Shown: positions 1 through 10,444, counted from the first letter of the stretch. The stretch: 64,000 nt of DNA from a virus (IMGVR_UViG_3300018492_000150:49640-113639), one strand, 5' to 3'. Translations and numbers: made by a program. Notes: a model not told the origin generated them from the letters alone.

Positions 1-331
1 TTGCAGATCTAAGGATATTGTTAGTTTCCTGATATTTCTTTTCATATGGCTCGTTTGTTTCCATAAAAGATAATTCACGTTTACTTTTATCATCACCCAC
101 GTCAAAATTTTCTGCAACTTGCGTCATATGAGAAGGACTAGAAAACAATGATATCCCTGATCCAGCATCATTCTTTCTAGGTCTTCCTCTTTTTTTCTTT
201 CCAGTAGAAGTAGTTTCTTCTACATCTGATGCCATAATAGGGACATCTATAGATTTAGTAAAATCTATAATAATAGAACCATCAGTAGGTTGTTCTATTT
301 TTGTTTCTATTTCTCTAGTAAATGGTTTCAT
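1..331 (-). CDS. Partial protein with AT-hook motif (runs off the window start)
   Basis: Not in ORF track. ATG at 331 after GGAGG RBS; translates MKPFTREIETK...GKKKRGRPRKND... with no stop before base 1. Confidence 0.75.
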   Translation of the reverse strand, partial: MKPFTREIETKIEQPTDGSIIIDFTKSIDVPIMASDVEETTSTGKKKRGRPRKNDAGSGISLFSSPSHMTQVAENFDVGDDKSKRELSFMETNEPYEKKYQETNNILRSA

Positions 332-460
332 TACTAATACCTCCAATTCTTATAAATCATTAATTTGATGTGTAAACCATATAATTGTAATTTTACAAGC
401 AGAATTACATATAAATAATACATAATTGCACCAGAACTGGGCAAGATAGGAGAGGTTATT

Positions 461-2422
461 ATGGCGCTTTTAACAAGACATCCGAATGGATCTGATTTAA
501 CAATTTTAAATACTTCGTATCATTATCCAAGAAGAGATGAAGATACAGGTAAATATAATAAAGATTTTATTACAGTTGTGTATAAAGATAATATAACAGG
601 AACAAAACATCATGAGATTATCTATGAACCGAATTATAGATTTTATCAAGCTAACGATGATGTGAATATAGAACATAATATGTTTTATATTAGTAAAGAT
701 AAAGTTCATCCTATGGAATGTAAGTTTTCTGAATTACAGAAAACAATAGCAGAAGTAACTGGAAATTTAGATTTCTTCTATGAGAATATTAAAACTGGAA
801 ATAGAAGAGCTAATAGAGCTTTAAATACGATACCTAGTATTTTTAGTAGTGATGTAAATATTGAAGATCATTATAGAGCTAGATTTGCTCAAGATTATGT
901 AAATGAAGTTCATCCAGTAACTAAAGGATATTTCGATATCGAGGTTGATACTAAAAGAATGAGAGGAGATTTCCCTCAAATGGGAGAATGCCCTGTCAAT
1001 GCAGTATCATATATAGATGATAAAACTAATACAGTTAATGTGTTCTTATTAAGAGATATCGAAGGAGATAATCCTTTGATAGAAGAATTTGAAACATCAA
1101 ATTTTAGTAATCAACAATCTGCCCAACAGTTATTTCAAGAACTTCAACAGTTCATAATTGATAATGTTGGAGGTCCAGAGAAAGCAAAGAAATTTGGAGT
1201 TGATAATTTAAACTTTCAGTTCATGTTTTTTGATGATGAAGTTAAATTATTATATACATTATTCCAAGTTATAAATTCAAATTCTCCAGATTTCATGTTA
1301 GCATGGAATATGGCATTCGATATTCCTTATATAATAGAAAGATGTTATACTTTAGGTATAGATCCGGCAATGGTATTATCTGCAATGGATTATGTTGAAA
1401 AGTATGCTACCTATTATATAGATGAACAGCATAGGAATGAATATGAATTAAGAGGAGATTATTATGATATCGCTGCAGATACAGTATATCTTGATCAGTT
1501 AGTTCAGTTTGCTTCTAGACGAAAAGGTCAAGCAGCATTCCCAAACTTCAAGCTTGATACGGCTGCGGATATTATCACTAAAGGAGCAGTAAGAAAGTTA
1601 GACTATAGTCATATTACCACAAATCTTACAGAGTTGCCTTATAAAGACTACAAGACATTTGTTTTTTATAATATCATGGATACAATTGCTCAGAAATGTA
1701 TCGAAGTAACTGTTGAAGATGTAGATTATATCTATGCGGTTAGTGTAGATAATGATACACGATACTGTAAAGGTCACAGACAAACAGTATATCTTACTAA
1801 TAGAACTAGAAAGTTCTTTTATAGTAAAGGATATATTTTAGGAAATAACTGTAATAGCGGAGAATCATCTCACTATGCAGGCGCATTAGTAGGAGATCCA
1901 ACTCATAATAGCGATTACGCTAAATTAAAAGATGGAGATCAGACATATAATATTGTAGATAATAGTGATGACTTTGACTTTAAAGCTCTATATCCGAGTG
2001 TTGATAGAGAAAATAACTTAGCACCTGATACTATTATCGGAAAGATTCTTATAGATGAACCTGTTCATAATTTAGAGAATCCGTATCATGATGAAGATTA
2101 TGATAGAGGAGGACAATTTATTGAAGATCTTGTAACTGGAAATAATCTTGAATTTGGTAAGAGATGGTTAGGATTAGCTGACGTGAATGAAATGCTCAAA
2201 GATATTGATGAATACTTTGAAGTTCATAATCCGTTTAGACCTGTTAATGTATTTACTGAATCTGGAAATATCAAACCATTTATCTTTATGCCTAATATTA
2301 AAGACGGAGAAATGACAAGACCGTTTATAGTATTGGAAGAAGACGAAATGGTACGTCCATTTGTACGACATAACGGAGATAAAGATGAAATGGTGAAAAG
2401 TGTACTTGATAGTATATTATAA
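461..2422 (+). CDS. Family B DNA polymerase, N-terminal subunit (3'-5' exonuclease plus motif A)
   Basis: ExoI YFDIEVD, ExoII AWNMAFDIPY, ExoIII YNIMD, motif A DFDFKALYPS; lacks motifs B and C. Confidence 0.92.
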   Translation: MALLTRHPNGSDLTILNTSYHYPRRDEDTGKYNKDFITVVYKDNITGTKHHEIIYEPNYRFYQANDDVNIEHNMFYISKDKVHPMECKFSELQKTIAEVTGNLDFFYENIKTGNRRANRALNTIPSIFSSDVNIEDHYRARFAQDYVNEVHPVTKGYFDIEVDTKRMRGDFPQMGECPVNAVSYIDDKTNTVNVFLLRDIEGDNPLIEEFETSNFSNQQSAQQLFQELQQFIIDNVGGPEKAKKFGVDNLNFQFMFFDDEVKLLYTLFQVINSNSPDFMLAWNMAFDIPYIIERCYTLGIDPAMVLSAMDYVEKYATYYIDEQHRNEYELRGDYYDIAADTVYLDQLVQFASRRKGQAAFPNFKLDTAADIITKGAVRKLDYSHITTNLTELPYKDYKTFVFYNIMDTIAQKCIEVTVEDVDYIYAVSVDNDTRYCKGHRQTVYLTNRTRKFFYSKGYILGNNCNSGESSHYAGALVGDPTHNSDYAKLKDGDQTYNIVDNSDDFDFKALYPSVDRENNLAPDTIIGKILIDEPVHNLENPYHDEDYDRGGQFIEDLVTGNNLEFGKRWLGLADVNEMLKDIDEYFEVHNPFRPVNVFTESGNIKPFIFMPNIKDGEMTRPFIVLEEDEMVRPFVRHNGDKDEMVKSVLDSIL

Positions 2423-2427
2423 ATATG

Positions 2428-2455
2428 ATGAGACTAATCATATGATTAGTCTCAT
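2428..2455. terminator. 28-bp perfect palindrome, probable terminator
   Basis: ATGAGACTAATCAT-ATGATTAGTCTCAT just after the polymerase stop. Confidence 0.6.
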
Positions 2456-2479
2456 ACTTTTAATTAGGAGGACTGAATA

Positions 2480-2632
2480 ATGTACGATGAAGAAAATGCA
2501 AAAGAAGGCAGAGAGCATATGTCTTGTTATGGTAAATTCTATGGAGAAGAAGGAACAGAAACATGTTCTGATGGTGTAAGTGGATTATGTTCTTATTGCA
2601 ACGAATGTCAACAAGACGATCTGCACTATTGA
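2480..2632 (+). CDS. 50-aa Cys-rich microprotein
   Basis: AGGAGG RBS; MYDEENAKEGREHMSCYGKF...CSDGVSGLCSYCNECQQDDLHY. Confidence 0.65.
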   Translation: MYDEENAKEGREHMSCYGKFYGEEGTETCSDGVSGLCSYCNECQQDDLHY

Positions 2633-2646
2633 TAAGGAGATAGGAT

Positions 2647-2790
2647 ATGAAAAATAAACCGATATTAACGAAGATAATAATACTTGCCGTATTTATATTA
2701 TATTTGCTTATATTCAGCGGTATAGTACCAATATACATAAATCTGATATTAGGTGGTATTGTTGGATATATTTTAGGGAGGATGGGTTAA
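2647..2790 (+). CDS. 47-aa membrane microprotein
   Basis: AAGGAG RBS; MKNKPILTKIIILAVFILYLLIFSG...; stop overlaps next ATG (TAATG). Confidence 0.65.
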   Translation: MKNKPILTKIIILAVFILYLLIFSGIVPIYINLILGGIVGYILGRMG

Positions 2791-3398
2791 TGTATGATAT
2801 TGATGCTACGATGAAGATAGCAAAGAGCATGAAGAGACCTATAGTGCATGTAGGTAATAATTATATGCTCGGTACTGATTTAGAATTTTGTACTTTAAGT
2901 ATAATAGAAACCAATTCGATTATACCAAGACCATTTACAACTACAATAAATGGTTGGTTAAATAAAATGGCTAAAGATAAGTATGCTCAAGATCATCCAG
3001 AGATATTCTTTACTGAATATTCTCGCTTAGATGATAATCTATATATAAATATATGGGAAGAAGACACTTATACAAGAAAAATATTTGAATTATTTGGTAA
3101 AGTAAATAATTACTTATATGGAAGAGTTCCTATTTATTCAGGAAGTAATTTTGAGAAAGATGAAAATTTTATCAGAAACGTAAGTAAACTTAAAGTATCA
3201 GATGGACTGAAAACTTATACTATTGATAACACTTACTTGATTACAAGTTTCAATAAAGTGCATTGTATTAATGCATCTGATAAAGTATCATTGAATATCT
3301 ATGATATCGATACTGAATCTTATTTATATGAATTTATTATAGATAAGAAAAAATATATCGTAAAAGAATACATCAGATATAGAAAGATGAGCATTTAA
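2790..3398 (+). CDS. Hypothetical protein, possible sliding-clamp fold
   Basis: 202 aa, GGAGG RBS; clamp resemblance is by residue pattern only. Confidence 0.5.
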   Translation: MYDIDATMKIAKSMKRPIVHVGNNYMLGTDLEFCTLSIIETNSIIPRPFTTTINGWLNKMAKDKYAQDHPEIFFTEYSRLDDNLYINIWEEDTYTRKIFELFGKVNNYLYGRVPIYSGSNFEKDENFIRNVSKLKVSDGLKTYTIDNTYLITSFNKVHCINASDKVSLNIYDIDTESYLYEFIIDKKKYIVKEYIRYRKMSI

Positions 3399-3436
3399 CC
3401 ATGCTCATCTTTATTTTTTGTCTTATTTATACCCAA

Positions 3437-3448
3437 AACATAAGAATA
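3437..3448 (+). promoter_or_regulatory. AR9-like late promoter AACA-N6-TA (portal)
   Basis: AACAtaagaaTAAT; same motif recurs upstream of at least 11 other units. Confidence 0.7.
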
Positions 3449-3477
3449 ATTCGTATTAAGCAAAGGAGGTTATTACT

Positions 3478-5775
3478 TTGGCTAAGAAAGATGAGAATAA
3501 AAATCAGATATCAAAGAATATAATGTCAAAGTTATGGTCTCTACGAAAGCAAATGGCTGGTGTATATAGAGATACTTATAGCACTGACATTACGAGTAGA
3601 GATGAACTTGATAGAATTGGTACTGATATTGAAGATAATATAAGTAAAATCTTATCGAGAAATAATACCAAAGATGTTTCTAATATATCTCAGTTGTATT
3701 CAGTAGCTAATCTCAAAACTAATTTGAGTGATAAGAAATACACTGAAGGTATTTTAAGTTATTTCGAAGATAGTGCAGTAACTGACCAGTTACTTAATTC
3801 TTATCTCGATAATAAATGGGTAGTTGAATTAGACAGAGAAATAGATGTAGTTTGTAAATATATGCCTAAAATGGTAGAGGCATTAGACGCTATTAAAGAT
3901 TCTGTACTTACTGCAGATAATTTTGATAAAGAATACCTTACATTCCAAAGTCCCAATATAGGATCAGAAGATAATTCTGCATTTATAGAGGAAATTGAGA
4001 GTATTAAAAAGACTTATCAATTATATGATAGAGTAGAAAGGTGGTACGATAATACTTCTAAATATGGAGAACAGTTTGTATATAAAGTCCCATATAAGAA
4101 AGCATTATCTGTATTATTAAATAGACGAAAGAATACTAGATTTACTGGGGTGATGCCAGCATTATCTGGTATTGGTGTTAGAGAATCTTCTTTAATTCAT
4201 GAAGGAGGATTTCCTGTCTCTATGAACAATAATAGAGAACTTTTCGAATCCTATCAAAATGCTGCTCCGATAATAAAAGAAAATGGTATTCAAAATATTA
4301 AACTTGAGATAGTAAAAGACTCTTTATTGATCAGTGCTATAGAAGATAAATCTCATATAGAAGAAATGACAAATATGATGGAGCAGGTATCTTTTATGTC
4401 AGAAGCTTCTTCTACAGATAGAGTAATCGATAATGAGATTTTTGATGTTCCTAAGAATATGAAAAAAGATACCACTTCTCAAGAAGGAATTATTGGAGAT
4501 GGTAGGGTAGAACCAGATCAATTAAAAGTTCCAGGTTTATTATTAAAAGAACTTAAGCATGAAAATATTATCATGCTTTATATGGACGATATTTGCCTGG
4601 GATATTATTATCTTGAGTTTATGGATAAAGATGGAGTGTCTATATATCAAGATAACTTATTCCAAAGAAAATCAGTAAGTTCAGTAGGATATAGTGCAGG
4701 TGTTAAATTAGCAGATGAACAGAATCAGCAGAAAGCTACTGATGACTTGCTTAGGTATTTATCATCTGCGATTGTTGCAAACTTAGATGATAAGTTTATC
4801 AATAACAATCCTTATTTGAAGAAAGAGATTTACTCTGTTCTCAAATATAACGATATGTTTAACGGTGGCGGTATAGATAGAGTTAGAGTTACTTATCTTG
4901 CTCCTAATGATGTAGAACATATCATGTTTAAAGAAGATCCAGATACCCATAGAGGTATTTCTGATATCGTTCCTGGATTAATTCCTGCTAAAATGTGGTG
5001 TTGCTTATACATTGCAAACACTATAGGAATGCTTACTAGAGGGCAGGATAAAAGAGTATATTATGTAAAACAAAATGTTGAACAGAATATTGCTCAAACA
5101 TTATTGAATGTAATTAACCAGATTAAGAAACAAAATATGAATATTATGCAAATAGAGAATATGAATAGTATTCTTGGGATCACTGGTAAATTTAATGACT
5201 ATATAATTCCAGTAGGTCCTAGTGGAGACCCTCCGATTCAAATGGAAGTCATGCAGGGTCAAGAGATAGATCCTCAGACTGAGTTTATGGACAAGTTAGA
5301 AGAGACTGCTATTAACGCTACAGGTATTCCAATAGAATTAGTAACAGCTAGATTATCTTTAGACTTTGCCACTCAGCTTACTATGAGTAATAGTAAATTC
5401 TTGAGATTTGTATTTAAAAGGCAATCTAAATTTGAAACTCATATTGGAAATATTATGACAGATATATACAATACTGAGTATGAAAAGAATAATAATGCTA
5501 TTACGATAAAATGTGTATTACCAGCGCCACTTATGCTGAATATCAATAATCTTAATCAGATCATTGACCTTATATCTCAACAGGCTGATACATTAGCGAC
5601 AATAGAATATCCAGATACTAATGATGAAGATAATGAATCTAAGAAAGCATTCTTCAAGAAAGAATACGTTCATTATAAGTTAGGATCATATATCAAACAG
5701 AATGAGATAGATATGATTAAAGCTAAAGCTGAATTTGAATTTAATAAAAACAAACCTGTAGAAGATAATCAATAA
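3478..5775 (+). CDS. Portal protein
   Basis: TTG start, AAAGGAGG RBS; LTRGQDKRVYYV resembles T4 gp20 ITRAPDRRVWYV; also KYGEQF and ATGIP portal-like motifs. Confidence 0.8.
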   Translation: MAKKDENKNQISKNIMSKLWSLRKQMAGVYRDTYSTDITSRDELDRIGTDIEDNISKILSRNNTKDVSNISQLYSVANLKTNLSDKKYTEGILSYFEDSAVTDQLLNSYLDNKWVVELDREIDVVCKYMPKMVEALDAIKDSVLTADNFDKEYLTFQSPNIGSEDNSAFIEEIESIKKTYQLYDRVERWYDNTSKYGEQFVYKVPYKKALSVLLNRRKNTRFTGVMPALSGIGVRESSLIHEGGFPVSMNNNRELFESYQNAAPIIKENGIQNIKLEIVKDSLLISAIEDKSHIEEMTNMMEQVSFMSEASSTDRVIDNEIFDVPKNMKKDTTSQEGIIGDGRVEPDQLKVPGLLLKELKHENIIMLYMDDICLGYYYLEFMDKDGVSIYQDNLFQRKSVSSVGYSAGVKLADEQNQQKATDDLLRYLSSAIVANLDDKFINNNPYLKKEIYSVLKYNDMFNGGGIDRVRVTYLAPNDVEHIMFKEDPDTHRGISDIVPGLIPAKMWCCLYIANTIGMLTRGQDKRVYYVKQNVEQNIAQTLLNVINQIKKQNMNIMQIENMNSILGITGKFNDYIIPVGPSGDPPIQMEVMQGQEIDPQTEFMDKLEETAINATGIPIELVTARLSLDFATQLTMSNSKFLRFVFKRQSKFETHIGNIMTDIYNTEYEKNNNAITIKCVLPAPLMLNINNLNQIIDLISQQADTLATIEYPDTNDEDNESKKAFFKKEYVHYKLGSYIKQNEIDMIKAKAEFEFNKNKPVEDNQ

Positions 5776-5779
5776 AAAG

Positions 5780-5809
5780 AATCCCAGTACCAATTAAGGT
5801 ACTGGGATT
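5780..5809. terminator. Bidirectional terminator between portal and tail tube
   Basis: AATCCCAGTACC-loop-GGTACTGGGATT flanked by A and T tracts; near-identical copy at 43203-43232. Confidence 0.8.
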
Positions 5810-5819
5810 TTTATTGTTG

Positions 5820-6749
5820 TTAGATATTTTCATCTCCAACTTTTTCAACGTAATTAGCAAGATCAGATTTGCTATTTGCTGCTGTATAGCTAAATCCTTC
5901 AATACTAGCCTGGTCTCCACCAACAGGTTGACCGCCGTCGTATTCAAGATGAACAACTTTAGCTTTGTCAATCTGACCAATGTTACCAAGATCAACACCT
6001 GTAGAGTTAACTCCAGCTGTAGTAGCAACAGCATTCTTAACTGCATTGGACTCGTTGATAAATGCAAGAACCTGAAGAGCTCTCATATCAACTTCTGGAC
6101 CATCAATTACGAAGCACTGCCATGTAAGTTCAACATCTTTCTTTTCGATAGAACCTTTTTCTGTCTCATAGATAGATGTAGGTACCTTTGTAGGCCAAGC
6201 GTTACATAACAGATAAGATTTCTCAAGCTGAAGCATAGTATTGTCTGTAACAAGGTACAGCAAGTTAAATACTTCATTCTCGAATCCACCTGCCATCTTA
6301 CCATATTTAATAAGACCATGGTATGTTTTAGCCTGAGTACGAGGATCCTTAATACCTTCAAGATAATATCTCAAGAAGTTAGTAATAAGAGATCCAGATT
6401 TTTCTGTAAATGACATAGATACTTCAGTAGCAGACTGTTTGTTTACTTTACCTACTACATTCATTGTAGATATACCATCAGTAACTTCCAGTGGATCTAC
6501 TGTAATATCTTCGATACCGCTAAGACCTTTGAATTCGAATTCAAGAATATAGCAGAATGCATCGAGCATCTTAGCTACATCATCATCGACTTTAGCGATC
6601 TCTTCAAGATAAGCCGGTTTACTGATTACGCACAGATGTGAATAACCAGATTCATATAAGTTAAACTGAGCTGCATTAGAGAAGTCAGTAACACCTCTCA
6701 TCATCGCATATTCAGCAACAGATAATGCTTTCTTTGTATACATTTTCAT
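5820..6749 (-). CDS. Tail tube protein
   Basis: Directly downstream of sheath; LCNAWPTKVP...DVELTW motif resembles gp19-like tubes. Confidence 0.75.
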   Translation of the reverse strand: MKMYTKKALSVAEYAMMRGVTDFSNAAQFNLYESGYSHLCVISKPAYLEEIAKVDDDVAKMLDAFCYILEFEFKGLSGIEDITVDPLEVTDGISTMNVVGKVNKQSATEVSMSFTEKSGSLITNFLRYYLEGIKDPRTQAKTYHGLIKYGKMAGGFENEVFNLLYLVTDNTMLQLEKSYLLCNAWPTKVPTSIYETEKGSIEKKDVELTWQCFVIDGPEVDMRALQVLAFINESNAVKNAVATTAGVNSTGVDLGNIGQIDKAKVVHLEYDGGQPVGGDQASIEGFSYTAANSKSDLANYVEKVGDENI

Positions 6750-6767
6750 ATCTTATTCACCTCCCTT

Positions 6768-8660
6768 TTAATACATTGGTTTGTAGCTAGTATCACTATT
6801 AGCCACAGTAGCCTGCTCTGTTCCAAGAGTGTAGATATTAAGAATCTCGCTCTGAACGAAGTCTTTATGTTTAACTTTAAGGGATGCTTCGAAGATCTTA
6901 TTAGCCTTCATAATATCATCCTGTACATATACGAATTCGAGAGACTCGAACCATCCTGTATATTTATTGATGATACGATTTACTGCTTTCTTGTAAGATT
7001 GCAGATCATCTGTAGAAATGAAGCTGTATCTGAACTTCGGACAGTTATCACGTACGTCTTTAACGATAGCCTGAATAGCAATAACGTTATTAGCAAATGA
7101 TAATTGTGTAAGCTCTGCCTGACTTGTAAACTCTGTTTCCATTGTAAGGACATTGTTAAGAACAGAAGCATAGTTCAGTCTAATATCATCCAAAGCAATT
7201 TTCTGGTTTGTAACCGGAGTGATCTTTGGAGTGAAGTTTACTGTACCTTCGATTGCTTCTGGGAATGTCCAGCCATACAGAATACCACAGTAAGGCGTAT
7301 TTCTCTTTGTATTGAGATGATCAATAATACATCTTGAGATACCGTAACTAATTGTTACGTTGATACGACGTTTTGTGAATGGGTTGAGAATCTGATAAGA
7401 TTGTCCATACCATCCTGTAAACTTATCTCTAGGCATATCAATCATTTTCATCTGAGCATTTTCGAAAGTATTTACATCCAGACCAAGGTCTCCGAAGAAA
7501 TAGAAATCTTTACGGAATTTAGCAAGGTCGTAAATAGCTTTCTTAACTGCATATGGGTAGTTTGCATCGATACATGCATCTGGTTTATACATATCCAGAT
7601 TAAAGATATCACTGTCAAATGTACCATTGTAGAACTCAACAAGTTCTTGTTCATATTCATCAGTGTCGATCGGCTTATCACCGAAAGCACCATTAGTTCC
7701 AGATTCAAGGCCAAATCCCATTGTGATACCAAGGTTCTGGCTTGTTTCATCAAGAGCGTAGCCCTGTACAGGTGCTCCTTTGCTGTCTTTTCCGAACAGA
7801 ACATCGATTTTATATAATTCATCTACAGAAATACCTGAGATTTCGGAAACTCTAGCATAGAATGCGTCTACGCATTCTTCCAAAGCTTCTGCTCTACATT
7901 GAAGCATTTCTGTTGATGCCATACCTATATCCATAGATTTTTCCAGATAAATAACACCTGGAGTTAATGCAAAGTAAACGGATTCAGCATCTAAATCTTC
8001 AGATCCGAGATATTTGAATCTATAGATCATGAAGTTCTGATTTTTACTGATACCATACTGAGGATCAATTCCAAAACGTTTTGTAGAAACACCACGACCA
8101 TTATCTACGATAACAGCAAGTGGATAAGTGAAGATATTCTCATCTTCATTTTCAACAAAAGATTTTCTTGCCTCTTCGGCAATTTCAGCCTGAGTTTTCT
8201 TTCCTGTAACAGTAACAAGTTCGAATTTTGTTTTAGCAATGTTGATCATTACTTTTTCATTGCTCTCGCCAGGATCTGTTGTCTCTTCATGAGTAACAGA
8301 ATCGATATATAATGGTTTACCGTCTTTGTCAGTTTTCTGAACTCTGTCAGTAGAAACCTTAGCGACGATAACGATATTTGCAAGAGTTGCATCTTTAGCA
8401 ACTACACGTTTGATCATTAATTCGCCACCATTGTTGATGATATTGGCAGCCTGGATTGCAGCCTGTCCATATTTTTCAAAATCGATAAAATAGCCGAATA
8501 ACTTGTAGAAGTTTTGTCCGACTACACGAGTAATTTTTTCAGGTCCTCTATCGAATGCAGCCGCCGTTAACAGTAACGGGTTCGGTGTCTTTTCAACAGT
8601 AGGTTGTGATTTGATACCAGATTGATCAATCCAGTTATTTATTGTTCCTGGATACTGCAT
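6768..8660 (-). CDS. Contractile tail sheath protein
   Basis: 630 aa, N-terminal YPG, C-terminal sheath-like domain, adjacent tube, late promoter at 8708-8719. Confidence 0.85.
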   Translation of the reverse strand: MQYPGTINNWIDQSGIKSQPTVEKTPNPLLLTAAAFDRGPEKITRVVGQNFYKLFGYFIDFEKYGQAAIQAANIINNGGELMIKRVVAKDATLANIVIVAKVSTDRVQKTDKDGKPLYIDSVTHEETTDPGESNEKVMINIAKTKFELVTVTGKKTQAEIAEEARKSFVENEDENIFTYPLAVIVDNGRGVSTKRFGIDPQYGISKNQNFMIYRFKYLGSEDLDAESVYFALTPGVIYLEKSMDIGMASTEMLQCRAEALEECVDAFYARVSEISGISVDELYKIDVLFGKDSKGAPVQGYALDETSQNLGITMGFGLESGTNGAFGDKPIDTDEYEQELVEFYNGTFDSDIFNLDMYKPDACIDANYPYAVKKAIYDLAKFRKDFYFFGDLGLDVNTFENAQMKMIDMPRDKFTGWYGQSYQILNPFTKRRINVTISYGISRCIIDHLNTKRNTPYCGILYGWTFPEAIEGTVNFTPKITPVTNQKIALDDIRLNYASVLNNVLTMETEFTSQAELTQLSFANNVIAIQAIVKDVRDNCPKFRYSFISTDDLQSYKKAVNRIINKYTGWFESLEFVYVQDDIMKANKIFEASLKVKHKDFVQSEILNIYTLGTEQATVANSDTSYKPMY

Positions 8661-8750
8661 ATCTTTTCCTCCTTTATATTCTATTATACATTTTATACTA
8701 ATGTAATTACTGATATGTTTATAATAGGCAATATGTATGGACTATAAAAA

Positions 8751-9491
8751 TTAGCCCGTAAGAACCCTTTCTAGAGGCGTAGAATCGTTGTTTTTATTCA
8801 TTACAGCTCCTACTACAGCCTTATCAAAGTTCTCACTTGTAAGCGATGTGAATGGACTTACTAATTTAGGAACAGTCTTTACGGATATAGGATTATACGA
8901 ACATAAATCGTTATCTAAAGATTTGCCTAATCTAAATGGTTTATTGATATCTTTTGGATCTCTACATAATTCTGAAACTAGCAATCCAAACAATGATGCT
9001 GGTAATTTATATGACGAACCATTGATTGCAATTGAATCTAAAAAGTATTTATATAATTCAGTATACGGTATAGTTTTTGGTATATTACCAGTATCTACAA
9101 ATAACCTAAAGAAATCCTCTACATTAGTTATATCCTGGGGAACTTTGGTAGATACTATAATTTGGTCTTCTCCATTATTTTCATAATGAAAGATACTATA
9201 ATCTGATACAAAATTATCAGTAATAGCAAAGTTTTTTACTTTTTCTATTCTTCCAGGTTTAGTTATAAATCTAGATGGAAAATAAAAGTTTTTAATCTTC
9301 TTTCCTGTTTCAATTTTATCAGATTTATTATTTATACTATAATTACAGATACCAATCAATTCAACAAAGTTACCTTCAATAACTGCAACTTTTCTATCGA
9401 AATAGACTTCTGGTACAAATAGTAAGAATTCTCCTTCTCCACTATAATACACAGATTCTTCTTTAACTTTTAAAAATCCAGGTATTGGCAT
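8751..9491 (-). CDS. Probable RNA polymerase beta' extreme C-terminal fragment (possibly virion RNAP)
   Basis: LFGLLVSELCRD and SPFTSLTSENFDKAVVGA...PLERVLTG align by eye with beta' HIEVIVRQM and SFISAASFQETTRVL...LKENVIVG; late promoter at 9518-9529. Confidence 0.5.
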   Translation of the reverse strand: MPIPGFLKVKEESVYYSGEGEFLLFVPEVYFDRKVAVIEGNFVELIGICNYSINNKSDKIETGKKIKNFYFPSRFITKPGRIEKVKNFAITDNFVSDYSIFHYENNGEDQIIVSTKVPQDITNVEDFFRLFVDTGNIPKTIPYTELYKYFLDSIAINGSSYKLPASLFGLLVSELCRDPKDINKPFRLGKSLDNDLCSYNPISVKTVPKLVSPFTSLTSENFDKAVVGAVMNKNNDSTPLERVLTG

Positions 9492-9557
9492 TTTGTGTCC
9501 TCCTTTCTTTTAGTCTTTATAGAAGTGTTCTAGACAAAAAGATATACCAGCGTAGAT

Positions 9558-9983
9558 CTACGCTGGTATATATGCATTTAGATATATATTTGCTACATAG
9601 GCACTCCAATCGCCTGTAGTTGTTAGCATTATTTCTTTAGTATCTTTTCGCAAAAATATGCTTGCCATTTGATTATTATTATCTGACCATTGTATTGGAT
9701 AACTTGCCCAACTCGATAAAATACATGATGATTCTGTGTCTATAGTATAGTCAACAGCCCTGGATGCTATTTCTGGATTTGCATCTAATATATTTTTAAA
9801 CCCTATACGATACGTTTGTGTGGCATCAGAATTGGATAAAGTATACGTAATAATTGTTTCATATACTTCTAAATCTGAACTTGATTTAAAACCAATTCTT
9901 CTTATCATATTTTTTCTAGTAAATTTATAAGGAGCATATTTAGATCCTACAGTATTAAAATCTAAAATATCACTATATGCCAT
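9558..9983 (-). CDS. Small hypothetical protein, palindrome-headed unit A2
   Basis: Likely start ATG 9983 after GGGAGG; the track's MLGRY start lies inside the palindrome. Confidence 0.7.
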   Translation of the reverse strand: MAYSDILDFNTVGSKYAPYKFTRKNMIRRIGFKSSSDLEVYETIITYTLSNSDATQTYRIGFKNILDANPEIASRAVDYTIDTESSCILSSWASYPIQWSDNNNQMASIFLRKDTKEIMLTTTGDWSAYVANIYLNAYIPA

Positions 9984-9996
9984 TCTTATATACCTC

Positions 9997-10027
9997 CCTA
10001 ACATTCATGAAATTCATGAATGTTAGG
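9997..10027. repeat. 31-bp perfect palindrome, copy 1
   Basis: CCTAACATTCATGAA-A-TTCATGAATGTTAGG. Confidence 0.95.
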
Positions 10028-10346
10028 TAAGATTATTGTCTTGTGATATTATTTTTTTATACATCCAGCCATCGGTCTTAGTTTTTATCAATCTATGCAT
10101 AGCTCCCCAACTGAAATAATGCAGAACTAAACAATCTACATAATTTGTATATTTTTTATATCCAAAAACTTCATAACTTGATCCTTTACTTGCAACGAAA
10201 TGTAAAGAAAACACGCCATCGTAAATATCAGAATCTATTATTTTCTGTATAGATGATATAGCTTGAGAATCATCTACATTTACTTCTCTAGATATTCGTT
10301 GTATCCAAGATACATCCTTCATTATCACTTTATCAATATTACTCAT
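10023..10346 (-). CDS. Small hypothetical protein, palindrome-headed unit A1 (possible fibre knob-like beta domain)
   Basis: Start 10346 after GGGAGG; TAA stop lies inside palindrome copy 1. Confidence 0.7.
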   Translation of the reverse strand: MSNIDKVIMKDVSWIQRISREVNVDDSQAISSIQKIIDSDIYDGVFSLHFVASKGSSYEVFGYKKYTNYVDCLVLHYFSWGAMHRLIKTKTDGWMYKKIISQDNNLT

Positions 10347-10356
10347 ATTATACCTC

Positions 10357-10387
10357 CCTAACATTCGAAATAATTTCGAATGTTAGG
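10357..10387. repeat. 31-bp perfect palindrome, copy 2 (variant centre)
   Basis: CCTAACATTCGAAAT-A-ATTTCGAATGTTAGG. Confidence 0.95.
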
Positions 10388-10406
10388 AAGATAAAAAAGA
10401 AATAAA

Positions 10407-10435
10407 ACTCCCAGTAGGATTTTCCTACTGGGAGT
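10407..10435 (-). terminator. Terminator after tail fibre gene
   Basis: ACTCCCAGTAGGA-TTT-TCCTACTGGGAGT with flanking A and T tracts. Confidence 0.8.
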
Positions 10436-10444
10436 ATTTTTTTA

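Noticed and set aside
9984-10364. Shared N-terminus MLGRY in three ORF-track proteins (also 45783) as a signal peptide
   Set aside because: It is the translation of the palindrome arm plus RBS. The fourth copy has an in-frame TAG there, and better-placed starts follow the RBS
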